DNA of 38,803 nt from Arcobacter sp. (GTDB lineage: Bacteria > Campylobacterota > Campylobacteria > Campylobacterales > Arcobacteraceae), in the NCBI GenBank assembly GCA_965662175.1, contig CBFIGT010000010.1, forward strand, positions 1 through 38,803, given 5' to 3'. The notes beneath the pieces were generated by a model. The model was not told where the DNA came from and ran no database searches. It was given only the letters and a program-made list of their open reading frames with translations. Below are positions 37,870-38,803 of the stretch, one piece after another. Positions within the stretch are counted from its first letter, which is position 1; every line of letters starts with the position of its first letter. Position numbers and translations under genes: made by a program.

Positions 37870-38604
37870 ATGTTTAGAATAATTTTTATATTTTTATTTT
37901 CATTTAATGTATATGCATTAGATAATTTAAAAGTTTTAATACCACTTTATAGTGTCCCTTCTTTATGGATAGAGCAAATAGAAAAGCTAAAGTCAATCAA
38001 AGATAAAGAGATAACTACTTATGCCATTATAAATCCAAATAATGGACCTGGAGAAAAAGAGCAGCAAGATTATATTGATGGAATAAAGCTACTAAAAGAG
38101 CATAATATTCATGTAATAGGGTATGTTTATACACTTTATGGGAAAAGAGACCCAAATATAGTTAAAGAGGATATTTACAAGTGGTCAAGTTTTTATCAAG
38201 AGTATGGATTAGAGGGTATATTTTTTGATGAAACAGACAATAAAGTTGACTCTTTAGAGTTTTATAAAGATTTGACAACATACTCTAAAACCCATGATTT
38301 TAATTTTAATATCTTAAATCCAGGTTATACAATAGATGAGGCTTTTATTGATCAAAATATCGCTGAACTAATTGTAACTTACGAAAACTCATATAAAAAC
38401 TGGGAAAATTCATTTCCAACAGTTAAAAATCAAGAAAATGAAAAAACAAAACTCTCTTTACTTTTACATAGTATGGAAAAAGATGGCTTTGGAATTGTTA
38501 TGCACAAAGCCAAATCTCAGGGCTTTTCATATATATATTTAACAGAAGATAAAGATAGTAATCCATGGGATTCAATTTCTGAGTACTTTTTAAAATATTT
38601 TTAG
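37870..38604 (+). CDS. Spherulin-4/Sph3-like (GH135) secreted glycoside hydrolase
   Basis: Signal peptide MFRIIFIFLFSFNVYA; IPLYS.P, IINPNNGPG, IGYVYTLYGKR, GIFFDE, LNPG, VTYE, YIYLT...NPW motifs; GAGG RBS before ATG 37870. Confidence 0.85.
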   Translation: MFRIIFIFLFSFNVYALDNLKVLIPLYSVPSLWIEQIEKLKSIKDKEITTYAIINPNNGPGEKEQQDYIDGIKLLKEHNIHVIGYVYTLYGKRDPNIVKEDIYKWSSFYQEYGLEGIFFDETDNKVDSLEFYKDLTTYSKTHDFNFNILNPGYTIDEAFIDQNIAELIVTYENSYKNWENSFPTVKNQENEKTKLSLLLHSMEKDGFGIVMHKAKSQGFSYIYLTEDKDSNPWDSISEYFLKYF

Positions 38605-38605
38605 A

Positions 38606-38611
38606 TATAAT
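38606..38611 (+). promoter_or_regulatory. -10 box of the ssrA promoter
   Basis: Perfect TATAAT ending 15 nt before the mature tmRNA 5' end. Confidence 0.6.
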
Positions 38612-38626
38612 TCAATTCCAATTTAT

Positions 38627-38803
38627 GGGGATGACTTGGTATCGATTAGAGCAGTGAGGATTAGTTGCATGTCGGCCTGAACATGCCGTTACACGGTTCA
38701 CTTTTTTTAGACGCAAATAATACAAATTACGCTCCAGCTTACGCTAAAGCTGCGTAAGTTTAACAACTTATTGACTCGCCTAACGGCTTGAGTCTCGGAG
38801 ACT
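38627..38803 (+). ncRNA. ssrA: tmRNA, 5' part (runs off the window end)
   Basis: Begins GGGGATGACTTGGTATCGA (tRNA-Ala-like 5' end); tag frame 38713-38757 reads ANNTNYAPAYAKAA*, a Campylobacterota-type tag. Confidence 0.96.

Noticed and set aside
38627..38803. tmRNA as the attachment site of an integrative element carrying the pel cluster
   Set aside because: The cluster is on the 5' side, and no integrase or duplicated ssrA 3' fragment was seen near 26.2 kb. The ssrA 3' end is outside the window.
1..38803. Phase-variable poly-G/C tracts, CRISPR arrays, IS elements, tRNA or rRNA genes
   Set aside because: I saw no G/C run longer than 5, no repeat-spacer array, no transposase and no tRNA/rRNA signature. 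A/T runs of 8-9 are expected at this composition.

Overview
AT-rich chromosomal segment from a Campylobacterota bacterium, most likely Arcobacteraceae (tmRNA tag ANNTNYAPAYAKAA; sensor-kinase H-box IAHQWRQPL). About 1-26 kb is mostly core genome: a 5'-truncated NorQ/CbbQ-type ATPase, purL, a divergent pair of peptidoglycan/cell-shape enzymes, mgtE, an orphan six-PAS histidine kinase, folE, a partial T2SS/T4P-like competence operon, era, comM, tig-clpP-def, a VWA-TPR protein, and an apparent operon of carboxy(nor)spermidine dehydrogenase, rubredoxin, nspC and two ppk2 genes. About 26.2-38.6 kb is an accessory Pel-type exopolysaccharide cluster with a non-canonical layout: two tandem 607-aa deacetylase-only PelA paralogues, pelB-, pelD- and pelE-like genes, pelF, pelG, no pelC, and a secreted Sph3/GH135-like hydrolase as the last gene. 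The cluster ends 22 nt before the 5' end of ssrA (tmRNA), which runs off the window. Strongest leads: the remodelled Pel system, a PPK2 whose N-terminus resembles an integrase arm-type DNA-binding domain, a near-identical leader shared by the competence operon and comM, and a decayed sensor-membrane-module remnant upstream of the PAS kinase. All family calls come from motif recognition by eye; no searches were run.
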